A DNA stretch of 64,000 nt from Chloroflexota bacterium (lineage in GTDB: Bacteria; Chloroflexota; UBA11872): contig OZ244806.1 of the NCBI GenBank assembly GCA_965220075.1, forward strand, positions 392,332 through 456,331. Reading direction: 5' to 3'. Shown piece after piece: positions 42,134 through 52,614 of the stretch. How positions within the stretch are numbered: the stretch's first letter is position 1; each line of letters begins with the position of its first letter. The translations under genes and the position numbers were made by a program. Under the pieces are notes generated by a model. It did no database searches, was not told the origin of the DNA, and saw only the letters and a program-made list of their open reading frames with translations.

Positions 42134-43948
42134 ATGAGCGTGGCTGAGGCGCCGGCCCCCCGCGCGCGGCCGTTCCAGGGCCGCCTGAGCCCGCGCGCTC
42201 TCTGGGCGCTGCGGAGCGCCTCTGATGCGTTTGAACGCGTGAGCGGCGGCGACGGCTACGCCCGCTGTCCCGAGCACGGCTTCGACCACAGCGGCGCGAC
42301 CGCGCGTTTCACCCTCATCAACTGTGCGCTCCACGCGGCCACGGGAGAAGAGAGCTACTTGCGGCGCGCGGTTCAGATTGTCCGCGCCATCACCGGCCGG
42401 CTGGGCCAGCTCGACTCGCCGGGCGGCGCCTGGGTGTTCTTCACGGGCGGCCGCGGCGCCGCCACTGTCGTCGACGCGGGCGAATGCCTGGACGCGCTGG
42501 CCACGCTGCTGGCGCACGCCGGTGAGCGTCTCGAGCCGCTCGACGCGAGCCGCGTCGAGGACGCCATCCGCCTCTGCTGCGACTCTTTCCTGATCCCCGG
42601 CGTCGCCGCCGAGCGGTCCCTCCACGAGCGCCTTTGCGGCGCCGCCGGACTGGCTTCCGCTTACGCCGCGCTCGGCGAACCGGCTTGGGCCGAGGCGTGC
42701 GGGGCCGCGCTGGAGCGTTCCCTCGACGAGATGCGGCCGGACGGCTCGTTTCCCTGCATCCACTCAGCGGCAGGCGCCGCGCGGCAAGCACTTTCCGACC
42801 TGAGCGTTCGCGAGCAGGGCCGCTGTTTGGCCTTCGCCCGCTTCGCCGCGCGTCAGATCGGCGCCGAAGAGCGCCACGCCGCCGCCCTGCGCCGCGCCGC
42901 GGATTTCCTGCGCCTGGTTACGCGCCCCGACGGCGTGAAGCCGCTTGCGCTGGAGGCCAACCGCTGGCTCTGGGACTCCGATTGGGAAGCAGGTTCGGCG
43001 CCATTTGACGCCTACGCGCTGGCGGCCGACGGGCGCGGCGAGCTGCGCGGGACCGCCGGGCGCGCCGCCGCGCGCTCCGCCCAGGCCCTCGGACCGGACG
43101 GTTTCAGCGACGCCACACCCGATTCCCATGCGCTCGTGTGCCGCCTCGCGCACACGGCCGACCTCGCCTGGCTGGCGCGCGCGCACGACGCGGCCGAGCT
43201 GGACGACCTGCCCGCCAATCCGGCCGCCGGCGCGCAGACCGCGCCGATCGTCGCGGCGGACACGGGCGTGGTCCGCCTCGAGGCCCGGCGAGCCTGCGTG
43301 ATCCTGCGCGGCGCCAAGCAACCGGCCTCGCCGCTGGCCGGTGGGCGCATCGGCGGCGGCGGCCTGGTCTACGTCGGCCGCCGGGCCGACGGCTGGCGCA
43401 ACGTGCTGCGCCACGTCCCCGAGCCTGGCGTGCCCGAGGCCACCTGGGTCACGGGCGGATACGCCGCACCGCTCAGCGGCCGGTCCATGATCCGCGGGCT
43501 TGTCGAGCGCGACGCTCTCCCGCGTCTTCGAGCCGCGCGCGTGCATTGGCGGGCGGGGCGCCGCGGCTATGCCGTGCGCATGCTCTGGCGCTTCCTGGGA
43601 CCGCCCGCCCGGGCCGCCAGGCAACGCTGGCAGTCCAACCACGCTGTCAGCGCGGAGGTCGCCGCCGCGCCCGACGCGGTAACCGTGCGCTCGCTGCTGG
43701 CCCGCCTTGACGGAACCCCCTTCGAGGGCCTGCGCACCGAGCGGCGCTATCAAATCCAGGGCGACAACCTCTTAGTCCACGACCGCCTGATCGTGGAGAC
43801 GCCGGTCACGTCGGCCGGCTACCGCCTGCCCGCGGCCGCCCAGGCGCTGGAAGTGACCTGCGACGCCTGCTGGCACCTTGCGAAAGGCTTCCTGCACGCG
43901 AGTCCGCTGGGGGCCGGCGCGTCGGTCTCCATCCACTATCGACTGTAG
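42134..43948 (+). CDS. Hypothetical protein, probable alpha-helical barrel plus beta domain
   Basis: 604-aa ORF co-directional with GT genes; repeated helical units (.TGE..YL..A, .LGE..W...C, PDG turns), then beta-rich C-terminus. Confidence 0.7.
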   Translation: MSVAEAPAPRARPFQGRLSPRALWALRSASDAFERVSGGDGYARCPEHGFDHSGATARFTLINCALHAATGEESYLRRAVQIVRAITGRLGQLDSPGGAWVFFTGGRGAATVVDAGECLDALATLLAHAGERLEPLDASRVEDAIRLCCDSFLIPGVAAERSLHERLCGAAGLASAYAALGEPAWAEACGAALERSLDEMRPDGSFPCIHSAAGAARQALSDLSVREQGRCLAFARFAARQIGAEERHAAALRRAADFLRLVTRPDGVKPLALEANRWLWDSDWEAGSAPFDAYALAADGRGELRGTAGRAAARSAQALGPDGFSDATPDSHALVCRLAHTADLAWLARAHDAAELDDLPANPAAGAQTAPIVAADTGVVRLEARRACVILRGAKQPASPLAGGRIGGGGLVYVGRRADGWRNVLRHVPEPGVPEATWVTGGYAAPLSGRSMIRGLVERDALPRLRAARVHWRAGRRGYAVRMLWRFLGPPARAARQRWQSNHAVSAEVAAAPDAVTVRSLLARLDGTPFEGLRTERRYQIQGDNLLVHDRLIVETPVTSAGYRLPAAAQALEVTCDACWHLAKGFLHASPLGAGASVSIHYRL

Positions 43949-43957
43949 GAGCGCCGG

Positions 43958-45154
43958 GTGCGTCTAGTCTTCGTCGCCAACGCACGTATCCCCAGTGAGA
44001 TGGCGCACCCGCTGCAGATCATGCACATGGCGGCCGCCTTCGCCGGATTGGGGTACAGCGTGCGCCTGATCTACCCGCGCCGCGCCAACACTGCGGCCAT
44101 GAGCTCCGTGCGCGACCCGTTTGCCTACTTTGGAGTCAGGCGCCGCTTTGGCCTGGTGGGTCTGCCCTCGATCGACTTCATCAAGCGCGTAACTGTGGAT
44201 TGGCGCTGGCTCCGCCGCCGGCCTTTTCCTCGCATCGCGCAACTCATCCAGCTCTGGAGCTTCGCGCCTTGGGTGCTCGCACTCGCGCCGCGCCTCCGTC
44301 CGGAGATCGTCTACGGCCGCGACCTGCTGCCCCTCACGCTGCTCCGTGTCGTCATGCGTTCCAGGGTGCGCTTCGGTTTCGAAGCGCACACCACGCCGGC
44401 GTCTCGGATGTCCCGCCGCTGGCACCTCTGGGCGGCGCGCCGCATGCACGGCATCGTGGTCATCACCGAAGGCCTGCGCCGCTGGTACCTGAGCGAGGGC
44501 GTGGCGCCGCACAAAGTGCTGACGGCCCCCGACGGCGTTGACCTCGCGGCGTTCGATTCGATCTCGCGCGCGCCGGCCCGCGCCGAGCTCGGCCTCGATC
44601 CGCGGGCGCCGATAGTGTGCTACCTGGGGCACCTGTACCCCTGGAAGGGCGTGGAAGTGCTCGTCGAGGCGGCGCGCGCGCTGCCGCCCGAGGCGCGCGT
44701 CTTCATCGTGGGCGGCATCTCGCCGGACCTAGAGCGGATCCGCGCGGCCGCCGCCGGGCTCTCCGCCGTCACCGTCACGGGGCATCTGCCGCCCGCGCGC
44801 GCCCGGCTTTACCTGGCCGCCTGCGACGCGGCGGTCATCCCGTTCACGGCTCGCGCGCTGATCGCGCGCGAGCACTCATCCCCGCTGAAGCTCTTCGAGT
44901 ACATGGCGGCGGGCTGCGCCATCGTCGCCAGCGACCTTCCCGCCCTGCGCGAGGTGCTGCGGCACGAGAGCAATGGCATCCTCGTCGCGCCCGACGATCC
45001 GGCGGCGCTCGCGCGCGGTATCACGCGGGTCTTGCGCGATGATGAGCTGGCCGTGCGCATTCGGCGTGCGGCGCGAGCGGAGGCTGAGTCCTTCACATGG
45101 GAGCGGCGAGCCGCATCCATCATCGAGTTCCTGAAGCCGCGCTCGACGGCCTGA
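43958..45154 (+). CDS. GT4 glycosyltransferase
   Basis: ANARIPSEMAH, PDGVD, YLGHLYPWKGV, SSPLKLFEYMAAG; AGGAG SD. Confidence 0.92.
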   Translation: MRLVFVANARIPSEMAHPLQIMHMAAAFAGLGYSVRLIYPRRANTAAMSSVRDPFAYFGVRRRFGLVGLPSIDFIKRVTVDWRWLRRRPFPRIAQLIQLWSFAPWVLALAPRLRPEIVYGRDLLPLTLLRVVMRSRVRFGFEAHTTPASRMSRRWHLWAARRMHGIVVITEGLRRWYLSEGVAPHKVLTAPDGVDLAAFDSISRAPARAELGLDPRAPIVCYLGHLYPWKGVEVLVEAARALPPEARVFIVGGISPDLERIRAAAAGLSAVTVTGHLPPARARLYLAACDAAVIPFTARALIAREHSSPLKLFEYMAAGCAIVASDLPALREVLRHESNGILVAPDDPAALARGITRVLRDDELAVRIRRAARAEAESFTWERRAASIIEFLKPRSTA

Positions 45155-47724
45155 GCCGCCTGCTCGAGCCCGGCGTTGGGGTTCTGCAGCGCGCCGACCG
45201 CGCGGGCGCCGGAGCGCATCGCGCGCTGGTTGCGCTCGGACTCCTGCTGCCGCTTGCGGTGCTCTACCGCCAGCAGCTGTTCGCGGGCGCAGGATGGCTC
45301 GACACCGACTTCCTCGTCTTGCACCAGCCTCGCTACGCGCTGCTGGCGGACGGCCTGGCCGAGGGCCGTATCCCGCTCTGGATAGAGAACCTGCTGGGCG
45401 GGTTCCCAACGCCGTTCTCCGAGTTCGGCTGGTTCTATCCGCTCACCTGGGCGCTCGCCTGGCTGCTGGGGCCTTTGCGCGGCTACATAGTCGAGGTGGC
45501 GCTGGGCGTCACGCTCGCGGCCGCCGCCGCCTACTGGCTGGGCCGCGTGTGGGGGCTCTCGCGGCTGGCCGCCTTTCTGGCCGCTTTTCTGTTCGCCTAC
45601 GGCCCCTTCTTCTTCGCTACCTCCAAGATCGTCAACTACGTCGACATCTTCTTTGCGCTGCCCGCGGGCATTGCCGCTATCGAGCTGATCGCGCGCGGAC
45701 GCCGGCGCTATGCGGCTCTGCTGGCCGCCACAGCCGGGGTCATGGCCATCGCCGGGCATCCACAGATCGCGTTTCTCTTCGGGTTTGTGTGGGCCGTGTT
45801 CGGGCTCGTGCGCGCCGTCTGGGAGTGGCGGAGCGGGAGCCGACGGCCGGCGCTGGGGCTGGTCGCATGGCTGCTGGCCTCCGCGTGCGTAGGCGTGGGG
45901 CTGGCCGCCGTGCGTCTGCTCCCCACCATTGCGGTCGCCGCCGATTCGACCCGCGGCGGCGGCCTGGACTTCAGCGCGGCCGCGCAGGACTCGCTGGCGC
46001 CCTGGAGCCTCGTGCTTGGCTACCTGTTCCCCGCCTTCGAGATCCCGCGTGTGCTGGGCGACACCCTCAACGCCGAAGAGCTCATGTATTTGGGAATCCT
46101 TACCCCCGTGCTGGCTCTGCTGGCCGTTCTCTTCAACCGCCGCAGCCGCCTGGTGCAATTCCTGGCCGTCTTGGTCGTGTTCTCCTGGATCATCGCCTTG
46201 GGGTCCTACAGCCTCGGTTTCCCGCTCCTTCACAAGCTCCCGCTGTTCAACCTCTTCCGCGCGCCCTCGCGTTTCGGGATGATCGCTTCGTTCGGGCTGG
46301 CCTTCCTGGTCGGCATGGGTTTGGACACGCTGCGCGGCGCCGACCTGCGCGGCTCGCTGGCGTTCCGCTGGATTTCACGCGGCTGGATCTGGCTGGCCGG
46401 ACTGATGGCGGCCGCGGCCATCGCCTGCACCATCGCCATAAGCGGCTTCGCCTTTCTGATCAGGCCCTACGGTTACGACTACATCGACCGCGTGATAGTC
46501 GGCTCGGAGGGACGTTTCCTCACCGCGGAGCGCTACTACCGCACCTTCGATCAGCTCTACGCGCGCCTGGAGTCGGCTTTCAGCCTGGTCGAGTGGGCGC
46601 CGCGCCTGACGGTGATCGCGGCGCTCCTGAGCGCCCTCGTGATCTGGCGCTACGCGCGCGGACGGCTAGGCGTCCGCCCGGCGCAGTGGGCCTTTGCGGC
46701 CGTGCTGGTGGGCGACGTGCTGGTGGCGCCGGGCCACGCCGCCCACACCGTCCCTACCGATTGGCACGCGCGCGAGCCTCAGCTGTCGAGTCTCGTCGGC
46801 GACGGCGGCGCGGGTCGCTGGAGAGTCTTTTCCTACCGCGGGCTGGCCCAGAAGTTCGAGCTTTCCACCGCTACCGGCACGCGTCTGGCGCGCCCGCAGC
46901 GCGATCTGCTCGAGTACGTCTTCCTCAACCAGTCGCTCTCGCCCAATCTCTCGCTCAGCCACGACCTGGCGTCCCTGGACGGCTATGAGAACCTCATGCC
47001 GCGCGCCACGGCCGAGTATCTGGCCTACGTGGGCAGCGAGCGCGCCACCGTAGCCGGCTTTGCGCGCGACTCGAGCCTTGACGCCGCGGAGCGTCAGTCC
47101 ATTCTGGCGGCGCGCGTGCACGCGCTGGCCGCCGCCAATGTTCGCTACGTCACCTCCGGCATCCCGCTCGACGTGCCAACTTTGCGCGAGGTGGAGAGCC
47201 GCTCCATCGACTTGCCCGCATGGGCCGGCGTCGAACAGCCGCTCTACTTCTACGAAGTGGAGGGCTGGCGGCCGCGCGTCTACGTGGTGCGCGGCTGGCG
47301 CCTGGCCAGCGGCGCGCGGACCATCGCGGCGCAGCTCGACGCCCTGCGCGGCGCGCCCGAGCGCGTCATCGTCGACCGCGATCCGGGCTTGACCATCCCG
47401 ACCGCGGCCGGCGCCCCCGATTCGATCGGCCCGCTGGTCGTGGGAGCGGAGCGCGCGTCGGTTGAGGTGGATATGGCCGCGCCCGGCCTCCTGGTGGTGA
47501 ACGAAGCGATGGCGCCCGGCTGGACCGCCCGCGTGGACGGGCGGCCGGCCGATCTGCTGACCGTGAACTTCATGATGCGGGGCGTGGCGCTGCAGAGCGG
47601 GCCGCACACTGTCGAGATGCGCTACGAGCCGCCCGGGTTCCGAACCGGCCTGCTTGTCACGCTGGTCGCTTTGGGGCTGGTCGCCGCGCTGCTCGCGGCC
47701 GGCCTGTGGGCGGAGCGGCGGTGA
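45097..47724 (+). CDS. YfhO-like GT-C membrane protein (start uncertain)
   Basis: GRIPLW..LLGGFP..FYP, AGHPQ, YLG, FRAPSRF, C-terminal E...PGWTARVDG..NFMMRGVAL..G.H.V..RYEP plus terminal TM. Confidence 0.85.
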   Translation: MGAASRIHHRVPEAALDGLSRLLEPGVGVLQRADRAGAGAHRALVALGLLLPLAVLYRQQLFAGAGWLDTDFLVLHQPRYALLADGLAEGRIPLWIENLLGGFPTPFSEFGWFYPLTWALAWLLGPLRGYIVEVALGVTLAAAAAYWLGRVWGLSRLAAFLAAFLFAYGPFFFATSKIVNYVDIFFALPAGIAAIELIARGRRRYAALLAATAGVMAIAGHPQIAFLFGFVWAVFGLVRAVWEWRSGSRRPALGLVAWLLASACVGVGLAAVRLLPTIAVAADSTRGGGLDFSAAAQDSLAPWSLVLGYLFPAFEIPRVLGDTLNAEELMYLGILTPVLALLAVLFNRRSRLVQFLAVLVVFSWIIALGSYSLGFPLLHKLPLFNLFRAPSRFGMIASFGLAFLVGMGLDTLRGADLRGSLAFRWISRGWIWLAGLMAAAAIACTIAISGFAFLIRPYGYDYIDRVIVGSEGRFLTAERYYRTFDQLYARLESAFSLVEWAPRLTVIAALLSALVIWRYARGRLGVRPAQWAFAAVLVGDVLVAPGHAAHTVPTDWHAREPQLSSLVGDGGAGRWRVFSYRGLAQKFELSTATGTRLARPQRDLLEYVFLNQSLSPNLSLSHDLASLDGYENLMPRATAEYLAYVGSERATVAGFARDSSLDAAERQSILAARVHALAAANVRYVTSGIPLDVPTLREVESRSIDLPAWAGVEQPLYFYEVEGWRPRVYVVRGWRLASGARTIAAQLDALRGAPERVIVDRDPGLTIPTAAGAPDSIGPLVVGAERASVEVDMAAPGLLVVNEAMAPGWTARVDGRPADLLTVNFMMRGVALQSGPHTVEMRYEPPGFRTGLLVTLVALGLVAALLAAGLWAERR

Positions 47725-48860
47725 AGCTCGCGCTGGTGGCCGACGCCTTCGACCCGACCAACGGCTGGGGCCGTTACGCCGGCGAGTTGGCGCGCGGTCT
47801 GATAGCCGCCGGCCTCGACGTTCGCCTCGTGAGCCCCAGGCGCTGGGCGCGCATGGAAGACCTGCGCGCCTATCCCGACCACTTCGAGATCCCCTCCTAT
47901 CAGCACCAGACGCGCCACTACGCCAAGCTCCTGGCCCGCTCGCTGCGGCCATTGCGCCGCGCCTTTCGAGGGGTCGACGCGATTCACTGCCTGGTCGAGC
48001 CTTACGCCCCGGCCGTCTCGCTGAGCGCCGGTCGCCGCCCCTACCTGATGTCGCTGGTAGGCACGTACGCCCGACCCTCGCGGCGCGGCGGCTTGGAGGG
48101 AAGGCTGCTCCGCCGCGCCCTCGCCCGCGCCAGGTACCTGCCTGCCATCAGCGCGTTCACGGAGCGTCGCCTGCGGGAGGAAACGGGCTTCACCCACACC
48201 GGCGTGGTGCCGCTCGGCGTACGGCCTGGCGAATTCGCGGCTCGCGGCGACCCGCCGCAGCGAGAGCCCGGTCTGATCCTTGCCGTGGGCGAGTGCAAGG
48301 CCCGCAAGGGATTCGATCTGACCGTGCGGGCGCTGGCGCGCGTCCGCGCCGACCTGCCGTCGGCGCGCCTGGCGATCGTCGGGCCCTGCCCGGCGGACTC
48401 GCCCTACGTTCGCCGCCTGCGCGAGCTCGTACGCCACCTCGATCTGGCCGCGGCCGTAACCTTCACGGGCCGGGTGGACCACCCCACGCTGGTGAACTGG
48501 TACCGACGCGCCAGCGCGGTGGTGATGCCATTCCGCGAAGCCGCCGGCGACTTCGAGGGATTCGGCCTCGTGCTGCTTGAGGCCGGCGCCTGCGGCGTCC
48601 CCGTCGTGAGCACGCGCGGCACCGCCGCGGAAGAGCCGGTGCGCCACGGCCTGAACGGTCTGCTGGTGGCGCCTGATGATCCCGACGCGCTGGTCGGCGC
48701 GGTCCGGCGAGTGCTAGTCGACGCCGACCTCTGGCGGCGCCTTGCCGAGGGCGGGCGCGCCCGCGCCGCTCAAATGACCTGGGAGCACTCCACCGCCCGG
48801 CTTCTGGACGTTTACGCCGAGACCCTGGGCCTTGGGCCGGAGCGCTCCAGGCTACCCTGA
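47721..48860 (+). CDS. GT4 glycosyltransferase
   Basis: GWGRY, VGECKARKG, FEGFGLVLLEAGACG. Confidence 0.92.
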   Translation: MKLALVADAFDPTNGWGRYAGELARGLIAAGLDVRLVSPRRWARMEDLRAYPDHFEIPSYQHQTRHYAKLLARSLRPLRRAFRGVDAIHCLVEPYAPAVSLSAGRRPYLMSLVGTYARPSRRGGLEGRLLRRALARARYLPAISAFTERRLREETGFTHTGVVPLGVRPGEFAARGDPPQREPGLILAVGECKARKGFDLTVRALARVRADLPSARLAIVGPCPADSPYVRRLRELVRHLDLAAAVTFTGRVDHPTLVNWYRRASAVVMPFREAAGDFEGFGLVLLEAGACGVPVVSTRGTAAEEPVRHGLNGLLVAPDDPDALVGAVRRVLVDADLWRRLAEGGRARAAQMTWEHSTARLLDVYAETLGLGPERSRLP

Positions 48861-48926
48861 GCGCATGGCAGCCCTGTCCGGCGCGCGCCCGCGCTTGCCG
48901 CCCAGCCCAAGGCAGACCCCCCGCAG

Positions 48927-50408
48927 ATGACCCGGACCGCAGCGACGGCCGAGCCTTCGCCGACCGCGGATCTGGGTCAGCGCGCGGTGCGAGGCCTGGT
49001 CACGCTCGGCATGCGCGAGGGCGCGCTGAAGATGGTCGCCATCGTCGGCTTCATCGCGCTCTACCGCCTGCTGACGCCGGACGACTTCGGCATCATCCTG
49101 CCGATCGCTTTTCTGGCCGGCCTGGTCAAGCTGTTCGCGGACGTCGGCCTGCAGCCGAGTCTGATCCAGCGCGGCGCGGAGCCTACCGGAGACGACCTGC
49201 GCGCCGTGTTCACCGCCCAGTTGGCGCTGGCGGCGGCGGCGGTTCTCGTCGTTTTCTTTGCCGGCCCCGCCATGGTGAACGGGTTGCTGGACGCGGAGGC
49301 CGATCCCTGGATGATCCGCGCGTTCGCGCTCAGCATCTTCTTCTCGGCTTTCCGGCTGGTTCCCGCCGCTCTGCTCGAGCGTCATCTCCAGTTTGGACGT
49401 CTCGCCACGGCCGACATCTTGAGCACTCTTTGGTTCTACTGCGCCGGCATCGGATTCGCCATCGCGGCGTACGGTGTCTGGAGCCTCGTGATCGCCCACG
49501 TAGGCGCGAGCGTCGTTTCTACTTTGGCGGTGGTAATGCTGCGGCCCTGGCGCCCCCGGCCGACCTCGCGGCTGGCGGCGATCCGACCCTACGTCAACTT
49601 CGGCGCGCAGTTTCAGGGCTCGCGGCTCGCGCTGATCCTGAAGGACTCGCTGATCCCCATGTTCTCGCCGCGCGCGTTCGGCGTCACCACCACGGGCCAC
49701 CTCCACTGGGCCAACCGGCACGCCGCGTACCCGCTGGGCCTGACTCAGCTCGTAGCGCGCGTGAGCCTGCCCGCGTTCGCGCGAATTCAGGACGAGCCCG
49801 ACCGGGTGAGGCGCGGCGCCGAGCTCAGCCTGAAGTGGAACGCCATCGTCACCCTGCCCGTCTTCGCCGCCATCTTCGCCTTCGCGCCCGAGATCGCTAG
49901 CCACATCTACAGCGATGAATGGGTGCCCGCCGTGCCGGCGCTCTATCTGCTCGCCGTCAGCGCCCTGCTGGTGCCGGTGAACGGCCTCATCACCCCGATT
50001 CTCAACGCCCTGGGCAAGACCAGGCTGGTGCTGACCGTGGCCGTCATCTGGGCGGTCGCGGCCTGGCTGCTCACGTATCTGCTGACGCTGGCCGGACTGG
50101 AGCTGCTGGCGATTCCCGTCGCCCTGGCGGCAACGCAGATTCTGGCGGCGCTGGCCCTGCTGCCGCTCGCCTACCACAATTTCGGGCTGCGTCTCCTGCC
50201 GCACCTGGGCAAGCCGCTCTTAGCCGCGCTGGCGGCCGGAGCGTTCGGCCGCTTCGTTCTGCTTCCTCTCCTGACCGACGCCCTGCTGCTGATTCAAGGC
50301 GGCCTCGTGGTGGCCGTCGTGTACGGCGCGCTGCTCTACCTGGCCGACCGCCGCGCCATCCGGGCCGAGCTTGGAACGCTGGTCCGGCGCTTCGCTCTAC
50401 CCACATGA
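48927..50408 (+). CDS. wzx: Polysaccharide flippase (Wzx/PST family)
   Basis: RLLTPDDFG, D.GL..SLIQR, LER.LQF, YGVWSLV; about 12-14 TM helices. Confidence 0.88.
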   Translation: MTRTAATAEPSPTADLGQRAVRGLVTLGMREGALKMVAIVGFIALYRLLTPDDFGIILPIAFLAGLVKLFADVGLQPSLIQRGAEPTGDDLRAVFTAQLALAAAAVLVVFFAGPAMVNGLLDAEADPWMIRAFALSIFFSAFRLVPAALLERHLQFGRLATADILSTLWFYCAGIGFAIAAYGVWSLVIAHVGASVVSTLAVVMLRPWRPRPTSRLAAIRPYVNFGAQFQGSRLALILKDSLIPMFSPRAFGVTTTGHLHWANRHAAYPLGLTQLVARVSLPAFARIQDEPDRVRRGAELSLKWNAIVTLPVFAAIFAFAPEIASHIYSDEWVPAVPALYLLAVSALLVPVNGLITPILNALGKTRLVLTVAVIWAVAAWLLTYLLTLAGLELLAIPVALAATQILAALALLPLAYHNFGLRLLPHLGKPLLAALAAGAFGRFVLLPLLTDALLLIQGGLVVAVVYGALLYLADRRAIRAELGTLVRRFALPT

Positions 50409-51562
50409 AAGTCGCCCTCAACCTGCGCAGCGCCAACCTCGCCATACCCGATGGGCACGGCGAGAGCATGCGCAACCTGACCGGCGCGCTGATCGCGGCC
50501 AACCCCGGCCACAGCATCGAGCTCCTGGTGGACGCGCCCCTGCGCTTCGGGCAGGCGCAAGATCCGCGCGCGCGGGTGCGCCGTCTCGGACCCTTTCCAT
50601 TTGGCAACCGCCGGCTGCGATCCATGCTCGGCGCCGACCCCTGGTATCGCGCGCGCGTCTGTTTCAGACCCGCCTGGCGGCGGCTTTCCGCCTACCTCCA
50701 GAGCGCTCACGAGCCGACGCCGCTGCTAAGCGGTCCGCACCATCTGGCGGTGGTGCACGACGTTGCCTTCATGCGCCCCGGGGGAGCTCGATTCTTCGAT
50801 GCGGCCACCTGGGAGTTGCTGGACCTTTGGACCGCCGAGAACGTGCACCGCGCGGCCGCCCTGGTTGCCGTATCCCCTTGGGTGCGCGATGAGGTGAGTC
50901 GCGTCTACGGCATTCCCTCCGAGCGTATTCACGTGGCACCGCACGGCGTCGACGCCCGGCGCTTCCGGCCCGACCACGATCGACAGGCGGTCGCGGCCTG
51001 CCAGGCGCGCCACGGAATCGAGCCGCCCTACGTTCTTTTCGTGGGCACGCTGCAGCCGCGCAAGAACCTGGGAACCCTGGTGGACGCATTCCTGCAAGCG
51101 CGCTCGCGCGGCTTGCGGGCCACGCTCGTGATCGCCGGCCGCAAAGGCTGGCGCTACCAGGACGTGGCGCCCCACCTGGAGCGCGGAGCCGGCGTGGGTG
51201 TGAGAGTGTTGGGCGCGGTGCCGCCGGAGGACCTTCCGCTGCTCTTCGCCGGTGCGCGTGCTTTTGCCAGCCTCGCGCTGGACGAGGGCTTCGGCATGCC
51301 GGCGCTCGAGGCCATGGCCTCGGGCGTGCCTGTCATAGTCTCCGATCAGGCTGGACTGGCGTACGTCTGCGGCGCGGCCGGCCTGCGCGTTGACCCCCAG
51401 GACCCCGACTCCGTGGCGAACGTGCTGATAGACGTGTCCGGGGACCAAGACCGGCAGCGTGAGTTGCGGGCGCGCGGGCTCGAGCGCGCGGCCGAGTTCA
51501 CCTGGGAGCGGGCCGCGCGCGCCGTCTGGCGCGCCGTGGAGCAAGCATGCGCATCCTGCTGA
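50405..51562 (+). CDS. GT4 glycosyltransferase (mannosyltransferase-like)
   Basis: VVHD, FVGTLQPRKNL, EGFGMPALEAMASG, FTWERAA. Confidence 0.92.
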   Translation: MKVALNLRSANLAIPDGHGESMRNLTGALIAANPGHSIELLVDAPLRFGQAQDPRARVRRLGPFPFGNRRLRSMLGADPWYRARVCFRPAWRRLSAYLQSAHEPTPLLSGPHHLAVVHDVAFMRPGGARFFDAATWELLDLWTAENVHRAAALVAVSPWVRDEVSRVYGIPSERIHVAPHGVDARRFRPDHDRQAVAACQARHGIEPPYVLFVGTLQPRKNLGTLVDAFLQARSRGLRATLVIAGRKGWRYQDVAPHLERGAGVGVRVLGAVPPEDLPLLFAGARAFASLALDEGFGMPALEAMASGVPVIVSDQAGLAYVCGAAGLRVDPQDPDSVANVLIDVSGDQDRQRELRARGLERAAEFTWERAARAVWRAVEQACASC

Positions 51563-52614
51563 TCGGACCGCATTGGGACACCGGCCGCTGGACCGAGTAC
51601 TGCGCGGCCGGGCTGGCCGCCAACGGCCACGCCGTGCGCGCGCTTGTGTACAGCTCGCGGCTGAGCCGTCGGGTCGGGCTCGCGGGCCGGCTTCGCCGCC
51701 GCCTGGTGGGCGCCGATCGATTTCACTTGGACCGGGTTCTGGACGCGGCGCGCCGCGACAACCTGCGAGCCTTGAAGCTCGCTCAGCGCCATCGACCCGA
51801 GCTCAGCATTGTGCTGAAGGGCGAAGTGCTCCTGCCCGAGACGGTCGATCGAATCCGCGCGCTCGGGTACGGCCCCGTGGTGCAGTGGTGCGGGGACGAT
51901 CCGTCCTGGTTTCCCAACATCATCGCGGCCGCTCACCTCTACCACCGTTTCTTCCTCGCCGAGCCGTCATACGCGGCCGATCTGGTCCGCTACGGCGTCC
52001 AGGCCGAGTTTCTTCCGCACGCCGCCGATCCGGCCGCCTGGTCGGCCGGCGCCGCGGATCCGCCGACGCCCGGTTTCGATGTCGTGTTCGTCGGGGACGC
52101 GCGTCACAACATGGGGCACCTGCCCGCCAGCCGCGAGCGCGTCGAGCTGGTCGAGGCCGTCGCCCGCGCCGGGGTGAACCTGGGCCTGTGGGGACGCGGC
52201 TGGGAGAAGCTGGAAGAACGCTACGCCGCGCGCCGTCACCATCGCGGGCCGACGCTGCTGCCCGCCTCGCGGGTAGCGGCCGTCTATCGCGCGGCCAAGA
52301 TCGTGCTCAACGTCCACCATGCCCAGATGCGCGAGGGCGTGAACATGCGCACCTTCGAGATACCCGCCGCCGGAGCGTTCCAGCTCAGCGACCACAAAGC
52401 GCGTATGCGCGAGCTGTTCGAGATCGACCGCGAGATTGCGGTCTTCCACGATCGGGCTGAGCTGGTCGATCGCGTGCATGCATTCCTGGCCGACGCCGAG
52501 AGCCGCCGCGCCATCGCGCAGGCGGGACGCGAGCGCGTGCTGCGCGACCACACCTATGCCGTACGTATGCGCCAATTCGTGGAGCGCGCCGCCGCGCTCG
52601 ATAACGCGCCATGA
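51547..52614 (+). CDS. CgeB-like glycosyltransferase
   Basis: WCGDDP, LPHAADP, DVVFVG, KIVLN, NMRTFEIPAAGAF, RDHTY. Confidence 0.88.
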   Translation: MRILLIGPHWDTGRWTEYCAAGLAANGHAVRALVYSSRLSRRVGLAGRLRRRLVGADRFHLDRVLDAARRDNLRALKLAQRHRPELSIVLKGEVLLPETVDRIRALGYGPVVQWCGDDPSWFPNIIAAAHLYHRFFLAEPSYAADLVRYGVQAEFLPHAADPAAWSAGAADPPTPGFDVVFVGDARHNMGHLPASRERVELVEAVARAGVNLGLWGRGWEKLEERYAARRHHRGPTLLPASRVAAVYRAAKIVLNVHHAQMREGVNMRTFEIPAAGAFQLSDHKARMRELFEIDREIAVFHDRAELVDRVHAFLADAESRRAIAQAGRERVLRDHTYAVRMRQFVERAAALDNAP

